Shown piece after piece: positions 1-9,836 of a stretch of DNA of 64,000 nt. Numbering within the stretch: the stretch's first letter is position 1; the number at the start of each line of letters is the position of its first letter. The stretch is from Actinomycetota bacterium. Its GTDB lineage: Bacteria; Actinomycetota; Acidimicrobiia; Acidimicrobiales; Ilumatobacteraceae. The position numbers and the translations under genes were made by a program. The stretch spans positions 12,946 to 76,945 of the forward strand of contig JBDKJP010000065.1 in the NCBI GenBank assembly GCA_039796575.1. The letters are read 5' to 3'. The notes under the pieces are model-generated. The model searched no databases. It saw only the letters and a list, made by a program, of their open reading frames with translations, and was not told where the DNA came from.

Positions 1-482
1 TGCTGGAGGAAGCCGAGGTCGATGTACACGAGCTGATCGGCGGGGCAGTAGAACGGGCCGGTCTCGGGGCTGCCGAGACCGCAGCCGGTCTGGCGCGGCT
101 GGTCGAACAGCAGCGTCTTCGTGACGACGTAGTCGACGCCGAAGTACTCCGGCAGCGCTGCCGACCAGTAGCCCTGGACGTCGTTGGTGACGCCGCACAC
201 GATCTGCTCGAGGTCGGTCTCGCAGGCGCCGTCGCCGGGCAGTGCGTTGCCGGCCACCGGGGTCGACACCGAGGCGGGGCCACCGCCCATCAGCTGCGGG
301 AGGAGCACGGCCGCGAGCACGATGATGATGCCGAGCAGGCCGCCGCCGGCCTTCATCCCACCGGGGATCGGGAACCCGCCTCCGCCGCCGCCACCCATGC
401 CGGGGAACGGCATGCCGCCGCCACCGCCGCGGCCACGGGCGTCGGACATGTTGCGGGAATCGGTGCTGCGGATCTTCGTCAT
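1..482 (-). CDS. Neutral zinc metallopeptidase (YpfJ-like), N-terminal part; the 3' end lies outside the window
   Basis: My own minus-strand translation from ATG 482 (alternative ATG 449) reads MTKIRSTDSRNMSDARGRGGGGGMPFPG.., then a TM helix GLLGIIIVLAAVLL, then ..DLEQIVCGVTNDVQGYWS..GPFYCPADQLVYIDLGF. A Gly-rich N-terminus, a single TM helix and a GPFYCP block are typical of YpfJ-type peptidases. The gene runs off the window edge, so it is absent from the ORF track. Confidence 0.7.
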   Translation of the reverse strand, partial: MTKIRSTDSRNMSDARGRGGGGGMPFPGMGGGGGGGFPIPGGMKAGGGLLGIIIVLAAVLLPQLMGGGPASVSTPVAGNALPGDGACETDLEQIVCGVTNDVQGYWSAALPEYFGVDYVVTKTLLFDQPRQTGCGLGSPETGPFYCPADQLVYIDLGFLQ

Positions 483-517
483 CGGTGTGTGGGTACCACG
501 GCGTGGTGGTGACGAGA

Positions 518-1486
518 CTAGGACGGCGAGAGGGTGCGGGTGGTCGCGCGACGTGCGCGGTGCACGCCGCGCACACCCACGGCGCCGGCGCCGATGAGCG
601 GGCCGCGGTCGCCGAGGCGCACCGGGGTGATGCGGGCGCCACGCGAGAACGCGAGCTTGGTGTGCTCGTCGAGCGCTTCCTGCGCCGAGTTGAAGAACGT
701 CGCACCGAAACCGAGTGCCACTGCGCCGCCCACGACCACCAGGTCGAGGTCGAGCAGGTTGCACACCGACGCGGCGGCGCGGCCGACGAGGCGACCGGTG
801 CGCTGCATGCTCTCGTAGGTGGGCGACGTGGGGGGCCGGCCGGTGATGGCCTCGATGGCGAGGCCCGACGCCTCGGCCTCGAGGCAGCCGCGCGCGCCAC
901 ACGTGCAGCGGCGACCGTTGGGCTCGACGATGATGTGGCCGACGTGCCCCGCGTTGCCGCCGGCGCCGTCGAGCAGCTGCCCGTTGAGCACGATGCCGCC
1001 GCCCACGCCGGTGGACACCACCATCGCGAGGAAGCTCTGCCGACCCTGCGCCGCGCCCAGCCACCCTTCGGCGAGCGCAAGAGCCTTCGCGTCGAGGTCG
1101 CCGTAGACGGGGAGGGTGGTGGCGATGGCCAGCCGCTCGCGCAGCGGGAAGTTGCGCCATGCGTGGATGTTGAGCGGCGAGATGGTCTCGCAGTTCGGCG
1201 TCATCGGGCCGGCGGAACCGACCCCGGTGGCGATGGGTCGCACGTGGTGGTGGCCGCGGGCACGTTCCATCTGCGACTCGAGCAGTTCGCGGAGCGTGGC
1301 GAACAACGCGTCGGCCTGGAGGTCGTGGTTGACGGCGACCTCGTCGCGGTCGATGAGCTCGCCCTGCATGGTGACCAGCCCGACGGCCAGCTTCGTGCCG
1401 CCGATGTCGACGGCGAGGATGACGTCGCCCACGGGCGCGCCACGTCCGCGCGGGGGCGGGGTGGGGTCGGCGGGGACGTTGCTCAT
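518..1486 (-). CDS. ROK-family sugar kinase (glucokinase-like)
   Basis: 322-aa ORF. It has the N-terminal ATP-binding motif LAVDIGGTKLAVGLV and the ROK Cys/His zinc motif GHIIVEPNGRRCTCGARGCLEAEASG. Confidence 0.85.
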   Translation of the reverse strand: MSNVPADPTPPPRGRGAPVGDVILAVDIGGTKLAVGLVTMQGELIDRDEVAVNHDLQADALFATLRELLESQMERARGHHHVRPIATGVGSAGPMTPNCETISPLNIHAWRNFPLRERLAIATTLPVYGDLDAKALALAEGWLGAAQGRQSFLAMVVSTGVGGGIVLNGQLLDGAGGNAGHVGHIIVEPNGRRCTCGARGCLEAEASGLAIEAITGRPPTSPTYESMQRTGRLVGRAAASVCNLLDLDLVVVGGAVALGFGATFFNSAQEALDEHTKLAFSRGARITPVRLGDRGPLIGAGAVGVRGVHRARRATTRTLSPS

Positions 1487-1487
1487 G

Positions 1488-2456
1488 TCAGCCGACTCGG
1501 CGGGCGTTCTCGACCAGGTTGATCTCGTAGAGCACGAGGTCGAGCGCGTCGGCGCTGACCATGCCGGAGAACCGCTGCGGGTGCTCGGGCGTGATGCACG
1601 ACGCGAGCGGGTTCAGCAGGGTCCAGGGCGTGGGGTGGCAGAACTGCACCACGCTGTAGCGCTCGCCCGAGTAGCCGGGGCTGGCGACCACGCGGTGCAC
1701 GCCGGTGGGGATGACGCCGTTGGTGAGGCGTTCCAGCATCATGCCGGTGTTGATGATGACCTGGCCGTCGGGGGCAACGGCGTCGACCCACTGCTCGTCG
1801 ACCAGCACCTGCAGGCCGGGTGCCGTGGCCCGGGGCAGCGCGGTGATGAGGTTGATGTCGCCGTGGGCGCCGGCCCACACGTGGGTCTGGTCGGGTGCCT
1901 GCTCCATCGGTGGGTAGCGGATGGCGCGGGTGAGGGTGGCGCCGTTGGTGGTCATCTCGTCGAAGAACGACTCGTGGCAGCCGATGGCCTCGGCGATGAT
2001 GCGCAGGAACCGGCGCTGCAGCTGCTCAATGGTCTCGTGGAAGGTGGTGAGCACGGCGGCGATGCCGGGCACGGCCGGCTCGGGCAGCACCTGTGGGCCG
2101 TAGCGGTGCGGGTAGCGGGTGCGCAGCGGGTGGCCGACGGGCAGCGAGATGCCCCAGTTGAGCATCTCCTTCCAGTCGGGGACGTCGCTGCTGGCCGCCG
2201 TTTCGACGAGGAGCCCCGTATAGCCTGTCTGACCGTGGCTCTCGGGCGAGACGAAAGCCTGCTTCACGTCGTGAGGCTGTTCGAAGAACTCCTGCAGCAT
2301 GCCGTAGGTCGTGTCGAGCATGTCCTCCGACAGGTCGTGGCGCGTGTACACGAATCCAGTGGTGAGACTGCGGCGGACGCCGTCCACCACCGCGCGCCGC
2401 TGCTCGGACGTGCCGCGTTCGAAGGCCAGGAGGTCGACGTCGAGGATCTCGCTCAT
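1488..2456 (-). CDS. 2-oxoglutarate/Fe(II)-dependent oxygenase (isopenicillin-N-synthase-like)
   Basis: ORF 1488..2543 trimmed to ATG 2456 (MSEILDVDLL). It carries an HxD facial-triad motif (AHGDINLITAL), a distal His (TGVHRVV) and RxS (ERYSVVQF). Its stop abuts the ROK gene start. Confidence 0.85.
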   Translation of the reverse strand: MSEILDVDLLAFERGTSEQRRAVVDGVRRSLTTGFVYTRHDLSEDMLDTTYGMLQEFFEQPHDVKQAFVSPESHGQTGYTGLLVETAASSDVPDWKEMLNWGISLPVGHPLRTRYPHRYGPQVLPEPAVPGIAAVLTTFHETIEQLQRRFLRIIAEAIGCHESFFDEMTTNGATLTRAIRYPPMEQAPDQTHVWAGAHGDINLITALPRATAPGLQVLVDEQWVDAVAPDGQVIINTGMMLERLTNGVIPTGVHRVVASPGYSGERYSVVQFCHPTPWTLLNPLASCITPEHPQRFSGMVSADALDLVLYEINLVENARRVG

Positions 2457-2563
2457 CCCTTCACGGTAGCGATTTCCAAGGGACGTCCAAGGCTCGGTCG
2501 GGATTCGGTCAGAAAACTCGCCTCCGGGCCAAACCTCGTGCATCGTGCGGGCGTGTCCCCTAC

Positions 2564-3106
2564 GTGGAATACCTGGCTTCTGCCGTGAGCGAGCTCACCG
2601 AGCGCGCCGACGTGGTCGTCGTCGACGACCTCGAAGCGATGTTCCGCGCCCATTACGGGCGTCTGGTGCGTGCGCTCGCGCTCGTGGCCGGCAGCCAGGA
2701 AGCCGCCGCCGATGCGGTGCAGGAGGCCTTCGTGAAGGCCCATCTGCACTGGCGTCGAGTGCAACGCTACGACGACCCGGTGGGCTGGATCCGCCGTGTC
2801 GCCATCAACAAGCTGCGCGACGAGAGCCGTCGCCAGGGTCGCAAGGACAAGGCCGTGCAACGCATGCAGGTCGAGCTCCGCGACGACGGGGTCGAGTGGA
2901 GCGACGGCGCTGACGCCGGCGCCCTGCTCGCCGGCCTGCCCCGGCAGCAGCGGTTGGCGATGGCGTTGTTCTACGTCGAGGGTCTCAGCGTGGCCGAGGT
3001 GGCCAGTGCACTCGAGATCAGCGATGGCGCGGTGCGATTCCACCTGCACCAGGGCCGCGCACGCCTGCGCGGTGTGGTGGAAGACCACAAGGAGACCCCC
3101 CGATGA
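2564..3106 (+). CDS. ECF-type RNA polymerase sigma-70 family factor
   Basis: 180 aa. Region 2 is AVQEAFVKAHLHWRRVQRYDDPVGWIRRVAIN. Region 4 HTH is LPRQQRLAMALFYVEGLSVAEVASALEISDGAVRFHLHQGRARL. Start is GTG 2564 (alternative GTG 2585). Confidence 0.85.
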   Translation: MEYLASAVSELTERADVVVVDDLEAMFRAHYGRLVRALALVAGSQEAAADAVQEAFVKAHLHWRRVQRYDDPVGWIRRVAINKLRDESRRQGRKDKAVQRMQVELRDDGVEWSDGADAGALLAGLPRQQRLAMALFYVEGLSVAEVASALEISDGAVRFHLHQGRARLRGVVEDHKETPR

Positions 3107-3774
3107 ACCACGAGTTCGACGACCCCCAGATCGAGTCGATGCTCGGCCGCCTCAGCGGCGCCTACCCCGACGACAACGTCGCCTACGCGGCCGTGCGCGG
3201 CCGGGTGCGCCAGGTGAAGCGCCGTCGTGCGTTCGCGGCCAGCACCGCCGCCTGCGCCGTGCTGTTCGGTCTCGCCACCTTCGCCGCCCAGGGCGGCGGC
3301 AACGGCACCAAGCTCACCCCGGCCGATTCGTTCGACGACGGCACGGCCACCACGCTCGACGACACCACCACCGAGCCCTCGATGACCTCCGTGGTCGACG
3401 GCGGCGCCGGCGGGGTCGACACCAGTGCGTCCGAGACCACCATCCCGGTCATCTCGCTCACCATCCCCGACCCGAGCACCTCGGGCAACGGTGGCAACAG
3501 CGGTTCGGGCAACGGCTCGTCCACGTCGACCTCGCTCGCCGAGGGCGACCACACCTACGACTCCGCCGGTGGCACCATCACCATCACGGTCACCGATGGC
3601 CGGCTCACCCTGCTCGGCACCTCGGCGGCCGACGGGTTCGAGGAGCGCCTCGATCAGCGGGTCCTCGAGCAGCACCGTGTGCGCGTGGAGTTCACCGACG
3701 GTGACATCACGTGGCGCATCGAGGTGCGCAACGACAACGGCAAGGTGCGCGAAGAGATCACCCAGCACGGCTGA
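3103..3774 (+). CDS. Single-pass membrane protein, putative cognate anti-sigma factor (non-canonical, no zf-HC2)
   Basis: The ATG overlaps the sigma gene stop (ATGA at 3103-3106), with an AAGGAGA SD upstream. It has a short cytoplasmic N-terminus, a TM helix AFAASTAACAVLFGLATFAA, and an extracytoplasmic Thr/Ser/Gly-rich linker plus a C-terminal domain. Confidence 0.6.
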   Translation: MNHEFDDPQIESMLGRLSGAYPDDNVAYAAVRGRVRQVKRRRAFAASTAACAVLFGLATFAAQGGGNGTKLTPADSFDDGTATTLDDTTTEPSMTSVVDGGAGGVDTSASETTIPVISLTIPDPSTSGNGGNSGSGNGSSTSTSLAEGDHTYDSAGGTITITVTDGRLTLLGTSAADGFEERLDQRVLEQHRVRVEFTDGDITWRIEVRNDNGKVREEITQHG

Positions 3775-3917
3775 TCCGCCCTGCTCAGTGGTGTCACGGG
3801 CGCTCTGCCCGGCCCGGATCTCGTGACCTCCTCGCGTTTGTCAAAGATTTGGAAGGTGACCCAACGTTTCGGGCTTCACCGTCGTGTCCTCCTCGTTCAG
3901 ACGGGAAGGAACCTCCA

Positions 3918-4430
<513 letters not shown>

Positions 4431-4468
4431 TCAACGGCACCGGGTCGGCCGCGCTCCATACTGAGCTC

Positions 4469-5134
4469 GTGCCCACCACGGACTGGAACCCGGTACTGCG
4501 CAGCGAATTCGCCAAGCCGTACTGGACACAACTGCAGGACTTCGTGGCGGGCGAGCGTGCCCGCCACGTCGTCTTTCCCCCGGCACCCGAGGTGTTCGCC
4601 GCGCTGCACCTCACCCCGTACGCCACCACTCGAGTGGTCATCCTCGGCCAGGACCCGTACCACGGGCCCGGCCAGGCCCACGGCCTGTGCTTCTCGGTGC
4701 GCCACGGGGTGGCCGTCCCGCCGTCGCTGCAGAACATCCACAAGGAGCTCACCGCCGACCTCGGCATCCCCGCGCCGAAGCACGGCAACCTCGAGGCCTG
4801 GGCGCGTCAGGGTGTGCTGTTGCTGAACGCCACGCTCACGGTGCGCGCCGGGCAGGCCGCCTCGCACCAGGGCAAGGGGTGGGAGACGTTCACCGACGAG
4901 GTGCTGCGCACCGTCGACGCCAAGCCGCATCCGGTGGTGTTCGTGCTGTGGGGCGCCTCGGCGAGGCGGAAGAAGTCGCTCATCGACCTCTCCCGCCACA
5001 CCGTCGTCGAGTCGGCGCACCCGTCGCCGCTGAGCGCGCACAACGGGTTCTTCGGCAGCCGGCCGTTCAGTGCCACCAACGCAGCACTCGAAGCGGCCGG
5101 CCTAGCGCCGATCGACTGGTCGATCCCCGACTGA
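4469..5134 (+). CDS. ung: Uracil-DNA glycosylase, family 1
   Basis: 221 aa with the catalytic water-activating loop GQDPYH, GLCFS, LLLN and the Leu-intercalation loop HPSPLS. Confidence 0.93.
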   Translation: MPTTDWNPVLRSEFAKPYWTQLQDFVAGERARHVVFPPAPEVFAALHLTPYATTRVVILGQDPYHGPGQAHGLCFSVRHGVAVPPSLQNIHKELTADLGIPAPKHGNLEAWARQGVLLLNATLTVRAGQAASHQGKGWETFTDEVLRTVDAKPHPVVFVLWGASARRKKSLIDLSRHTVVESAHPSPLSAHNGFFGSRPFSATNAALEAAGLAPIDWSIPD

Positions 5135-6916
5135 TCAGCCCGCGGGGCTCGGGTAGTCGCCGCGTTCCTCGCCGGGCGGCGGCGTCTCGTAGATGGTCAC
5201 TGCACCGGCGGGGTCGAACAGCTTGTCCTCGGCCGGCCACTCGCCCGGCAGGTAGCGGGCACCGCCGTCGACGTACTGGTACATGCCCGTGCCCTCCTTG
5301 CGGATCTCGTCGGGGCCGGTGGCCACGGGGTCCCACCAGAACACGGTGGCGTCGTCGACACCCTGGTAGTCGGTGACGCCGGCCCAGATGCCCTTGTCGC
5401 CGTAGCTCAGCGACGGCTGGCTGATGGCCCGGGTGGTCGCGTCAGCGGCGAACAGTGCGTCGCGGAACGACTCGGCGGTCACGTTCGGGCCCATGCCCTG
5501 CAGCACGGCGAACAGCAGTGCCGGGTTCGGCGCGATGACGCCGATGGTGTCGTCGGCCGGCGGCGCCGACCCGGTGAACCACTCGTAGTTCGCGTAGGCA
5601 CCGGTGGTGGTGGGGTTGCCGCGTGCGGCCAGCTGCGTGACGCCGAAGGCGTGCGCCCACTGCTGCTGGTCGTAGGTGCGGGCGAACGCCGTCACGTCGA
5701 CGAGCGTCGAGGCCGCCACGAGCCATTCGGGGAAGTACTCCTGGGCGGTGGCTTCCTTGGTGAAGTCGCGGGGTGCGACCGGGTCGCCGCTGAACACGAT
5801 GGTGGTGACGCCGGCGGCCTTCAACTTGGTGATCACCTGCGACGCCTGCTGCTGGATGGTGGCCGGGTCGAGCTGATAGGCGACGACCTCGGCGAACGGG
5901 GCACCGATGCCCTCCATCGCGGCGGCGAGCGTGTCGGCCAGGTCCTTCGAGGCACCGCTGCTCTCGAGGTAGAGCAGGCCGAACTTGCGCGGCGTGGCCT
6001 GCACGGCCTCGCCACCGTGCTCGGCGTTCTTGCCGACGAGCTGCTGCTGGATGAACTCCACGACGTGGGTCTGCTTCTGCAGGCTGCTGCCGTCGAGGCC
6101 CCACACGTACGGGTCGCGGTCGGTGTAGAACGCGGGCGGCTGGCCGGGCGTGCAGCCGATGCAGAGCGTCTGCCGCTTGGCGAGCTCGTCGGCGAACGCG
6201 CTGGTGAGTGCGGGGCCACCGAGGACGGCGAACGGCTGGTACTGCTCGACGATCGCGGCGGCGTCGGCGCGGGCGGCCACTTCGTCGGTGGCGATGCCGG
6301 TGCCCTGGTAGGTGACGAGGTTGATGGTGCGGCCGTACAGCTCGTAGTACGCCTCGTAGTACGCGACCAGGCCCTGCATCGTCTCGAACTGCTGGGCGTT
6401 GGTGTCGTCGACCGCGATGGCGTCGGTGATGTACGAGATGATCGGGTCGGCGTCGGGGCCCTCGTAGTAGACGACGGTGATCTCGTCGGCGGTCACGCCC
6501 GGTGCGGTGGCGCCACCGTTGTCACCGGTGAACGGCGCGAAGCACTCGCTGCGGAAGAAGTCGGGCACGGCGATGCGACCGGTGGACGTGTCGCAGCGGT
6601 CGCCCCATTCGATCTGATCGGTGAGCCCGGCGGCCTCGGCATCGCTCCAGCTCATCGGGAACGTGATCTCGCCACCCGAGGGGGCGCTGTCGGTGGTGAC
6701 CGGGTCGGTGGCCGCGACGGTGGTGTCGCCGCCGGCGGTGGTCTCGACGGCGAGCGTCGTGTCGCCACCGGCGTCCTCGTCGTCACCGCCCTGGGTGGCG
6801 AACAGGATGCCGCCTCCCACGAGTGCGACGACGACCACGCCGATGATCGGTCCCCATCGCTTCAGCTGACGGTTGCCGCCGGGCGGCGTGGCTCCCGATG
6901 CGCTGGCTGGCTGCAT
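5135..6916 (-). CDS. ABC transporter substrate-binding protein (Leu/Ile/Val-binding-protein-like), TM-anchored
   Basis: 593 aa. It has an N-terminal anchor GPIIGVVVVALVGGGILFA, an acidic/Thr-rich linker and a large periplasmic-binding-type body. It is the last gene of the liv-like operon, 4 nt after the ATPase gene. Its stop abuts the ung stop (TGA|TCA). Confidence 0.75.
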   Translation of the reverse strand: MQPASASGATPPGGNRQLKRWGPIIGVVVVALVGGGILFATQGGDDEDAGGDTTLAVETTAGGDTTVAATDPVTTDSAPSGGEITFPMSWSDAEAAGLTDQIEWGDRCDTSTGRIAVPDFFRSECFAPFTGDNGGATAPGVTADEITVVYYEGPDADPIISYITDAIAVDDTNAQQFETMQGLVAYYEAYYELYGRTINLVTYQGTGIATDEVAARADAAAIVEQYQPFAVLGGPALTSAFADELAKRQTLCIGCTPGQPPAFYTDRDPYVWGLDGSSLQKQTHVVEFIQQQLVGKNAEHGGEAVQATPRKFGLLYLESSGASKDLADTLAAAMEGIGAPFAEVVAYQLDPATIQQQASQVITKLKAAGVTTIVFSGDPVAPRDFTKEATAQEYFPEWLVAASTLVDVTAFARTYDQQQWAHAFGVTQLAARGNPTTTGAYANYEWFTGSAPPADDTIGVIAPNPALLFAVLQGMGPNVTAESFRDALFAADATTRAISQPSLSYGDKGIWAGVTDYQGVDDATVFWWDPVATGPDEIRKEGTGMYQYVDGGARYLPGEWPAEDKLFDPAGAVTIYETPPPGEERGDYPSPAG

Positions 6917-6920
6917 GGCA

Positions 6921-9836
6921 TTACCCCCTCGTGCCGCTGCGTGCTTGCGCCGCAGTGTTGTTCCCCAAGTAGCTCTCTATCACTTCCGGATGCAGCAGTA
7001 CGTCGGACGGTGCGCCCGACGTGAGCACCGCACCCTGGTCGAGCGCGACGAGCCGATCGCTGATCGACGAGATCAGCGGGATGTCGTGTTCGATCACCAG
7101 CAGGCAGGCGCCCATCTCGTCGCGCAGGCGGCGCAGCACGGGTGCCAGTGCTTCCACTTCTCGTTGGGCGATGCCACCCGACGGTTCGTCGAGCATCACC
7201 ATCACCGGACGGTGCGCGGCGATGCAGGCGAGGTCGACGATGCGACGCGTGCCGGTGCTGAGCTCGCGCACGAACGCGTTGCGGTAGTCGCCGAGGTGCA
7301 TCAGCTCGATCAGTTCGTGCACGCGCAGCGCGGTACGTTGCTCGTCGTCGTACACGGCGGGCCACCGCACCGCAGCAGCGATGGCACTGCGGTTCTCGAT
7401 CCACCGCTCCAACGACACGGCGAGCGTCTCCTCCACCGTCATGTCGGGGAACAGGCGTGCGTCCTGGAAGCTGCGTCCGAGGCCGGCCGCGGCGCGTTGG
7501 TCGGGCGGCAGCTCACCGATGTCGCGACCGGCCAGCACGATGCGCCCCATGTCGTGCGGCACGAAGCCGCTGACGAGGTCGAAGATGGTGGTCTTGCCGG
7601 CGCCGTTGGGGCCGATCATGCCGACGATCTCCTGCTCGTACACCTCGAAGCTGGCGGCGTTGACGGCGCGGTTGCCGCCGAACGACTTCACCAGTTCCAC
7701 CACCCGCAGCAGCGGCTCACCGGTCGGCTCGGGAGCCGGAGCGGCCGTGGCCGTGCCCGGCTCGGCGGCACCGGAGAGGAACACCGACCGCAGCAGGTCC
7801 TTGCGCTCGAGCAGTTCCGCCGTCGGGCCGGAGAAGCGGATGGTGCCGCGCTCCATGAAGTACGCACGCTCGGCCACGGTCAGGGCCACGTTCACGCTCT
7901 GCTCGACGAGGATGACCGCAGTGCCCTGGGCGGCCACGCGCTGCACGAGCGGCAGCAACTGGCCCACCACCACCGGGGCGAGGCCCAGTGACAGCTCGTC
8001 GATGAGCAGCACGCGCGGCTTGGCAACGAAGGCCATGCCGAGTGCGAGCATCTGCTGCTGGCCGCCGCTGAGGTCGGCGGCCGAACGGTCGAGCCGCTCG
8101 CGCAGCACCGGGAACAGCTCGAGCACCTCCTCGGTGGCCGCGGCCACGCCGTCGGGGTCGCTGCGACGTGTCCAGCCGGCGAGCTGCAGGTTCTCGGCCA
8201 CGGTGAGCGAGCCGAACACGCCCTGGCCGCCGGGCATCTGGCTGATGCCGAACGTGGCGATCTCCTCCGGCGGCGCGTGTGTGATGTCGCGACCGTCGAG
8301 GACCACCGCACCGCGGTCGGCCTCGACGACGCCGCTGATCGACTTCAGCAGCGTGCTCTTGCCGGCGCCGTTGGTGCCGAGCAGCGCGACGATCTCGCCT
8401 TCCTTCACGTCGATGTCGACACCGAACAACACCTGTCGACCGGTGTAGCCGGCGTCGAGGTTGCGCACGATGAGGAGATCGGCGTGGCCGTGACGGCGTT
8501 GGTACAGCGCTTCGCTACGCGCGGCCGAGCTCTGCCACACCTGGGCGATGTCGGCGTCGATGGTGTGCTGCGCCGAACCGAGGATGAGGCTGCCGATGAT
8601 GAACAGCGGCACCAGCGTGAGCATGCCCCAGCGGATGCCGATCTCGTTGCTGATCCAGCCGATGAGCGGGAGGATCAGCAGACCGGGGATCACCCACAGC
8701 GATGCGACGCTGAAGCCGGTGGCGCGGGCGCGGGCGGGGATGGCCAGCGACAGCGCGACCAGGATGCCGGGACCGACCACCGCGAGGGTGGCGGAGATGA
8801 CGCAGTTGAGCGCGACCGCGATCCACACCGTCGGCGCCGCGGCGAAGCCGATCGACGCGATGGAGGTGACGACGGCGATGCGCGCGAGGAACCGGATGAG
8901 GCCCTTCATGTCGGCCATGAACCGCTTGGTGATGTAGCGGGTGCCGAGCACGAGTCCGACCAACTGGAACGGTTCGGCCACGGCGGCGGCGACGCCACGG
9001 GCACGCTCGTCGAGGTCGAACTGCTGCTCGTAGAGCAGCGACGCCAGCACCACGAACCCGATGAGCGCGGTGGCCAGGAACGGCAGGCTCCACCACAGCC
9101 GTTGGAGCGTGTGGATCTTCTGCACCGTGCGCCAGCTCTCGGCGAACGACGGGACGGTCTCCTCGGTGTTGGCGACCTCGTCGCTCACCCCGGTGGCCTC
9201 GCGTTCCCACTTGCCGCGCACCGGCTCCTGCAGCCGCAGCGCGAGCACAGCGAACACGATGGTCGGCACGACGAACACCAGGAACGGCACTCGCCAGTCG
9301 AACGCGTAGGCGAGCAGACCGGCGGTGAGCGGCCCGACGAACGCGCCGACCGCGTTGGCGGCGCGGTGCGTGCTGAACACCTTGCTGCGCGCCTCGATCG
9401 GGTAGTAGTCGGCGAGCAGCGAGTTGTGCGTGGGGTCGATCACGGCCTTGCCGAGGCTGCTGCCGCTGCGGGCGATGGTGAGCATCACCACACCGGTGGC
9501 CAGACCGGTCATGCCGCTGAACCCGGCCCACAGCACGGCGCCGGCGATGGCCAACGGCACGCGGCGCGATCGGTCGGCGTACTGCGCGATGGGCACCTGC
9601 AGCGCGAGCGCCGCGATCGACGAGAGCGCCACCAGGCTGAGCACGCCGGTGTTGTCGAGGTTGAACTCGTCGCGGATGTTCGGGAGGAGGATGCCGAACG
9701 CCGTGCGGTCGAGCTCGTCGACGGCGTTGAGACCGAACAGCACGACGAGCGGGAACGCCGACTCGCCGCCGCACACGTCGCGCAGCCACACCATCGGGTG
9801 GCGCAGGCCGTGGAGGAATCGTCGCCACATGGTCAT
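6921..9836 (-). CDS. Fusion protein: MFS-like 12-TM domain + LivF-like ABC ATPase + LivG-like ABC ATPase
   Basis: One open frame of 971 codons runs from ATG 9836 (MTMWRRF). Residues ~1-440 form many hydrophobic spans and contain the MFS-like loop QYADRSRRVPL. NBD1 has GTNGAGKST / LSGGQQQML / LLIDELSLGL. NBD2 has GPNGAGKTT / LSTGTRRIV / VMVMLDEPSGG. The start overlaps the permease stop (ATGA). Confidence 0.8.
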   Translation of the reverse strand: MTMWRRFLHGLRHPMVWLRDVCGGESAFPLVVLFGLNAVDELDRTAFGILLPNIRDEFNLDNTGVLSLVALSSIAALALQVPIAQYADRSRRVPLAIAGAVLWAGFSGMTGLATGVVMLTIARSGSSLGKAVIDPTHNSLLADYYPIEARSKVFSTHRAANAVGAFVGPLTAGLLAYAFDWRVPFLVFVVPTIVFAVLALRLQEPVRGKWEREATGVSDEVANTEETVPSFAESWRTVQKIHTLQRLWWSLPFLATALIGFVVLASLLYEQQFDLDERARGVAAAVAEPFQLVGLVLGTRYITKRFMADMKGLIRFLARIAVVTSIASIGFAAAPTVWIAVALNCVISATLAVVGPGILVALSLAIPARARATGFSVASLWVIPGLLILPLIGWISNEIGIRWGMLTLVPLFIIGSLILGSAQHTIDADIAQVWQSSAARSEALYQRRHGHADLLIVRNLDAGYTGRQVLFGVDIDVKEGEIVALLGTNGAGKSTLLKSISGVVEADRGAVVLDGRDITHAPPEEIATFGISQMPGGQGVFGSLTVAENLQLAGWTRRSDPDGVAAATEEVLELFPVLRERLDRSAADLSGGQQQMLALGMAFVAKPRVLLIDELSLGLAPVVVGQLLPLVQRVAAQGTAVILVEQSVNVALTVAERAYFMERGTIRFSGPTAELLERKDLLRSVFLSGAAEPGTATAAPAPEPTGEPLLRVVELVKSFGGNRAVNAASFEVYEQEIVGMIGPNGAGKTTIFDLVSGFVPHDMGRIVLAGRDIGELPPDQRAAAGLGRSFQDARLFPDMTVEETLAVSLERWIENRSAIAAAVRWPAVYDDEQRTALRVHELIELMHLGDYRNAFVRELSTGTRRIVDLACIAAHRPVMVMLDEPSGGIAQREVEALAPVLRRLRDEMGACLLVIEHDIPLISSISDRLVALDQGAVLTSGAPSDVLLHPEVIESYLGNNTAAQARSGTRG

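Noticed and set aside
184-597. Pro-rich ORF (…PPPPPPPMPGNGMPPPPPRP…) at the window start.
   Set aside because: It is the antisense reading of the Gly-rich N-terminus of the YpfJ-like metallopeptidase gene on the minus strand.
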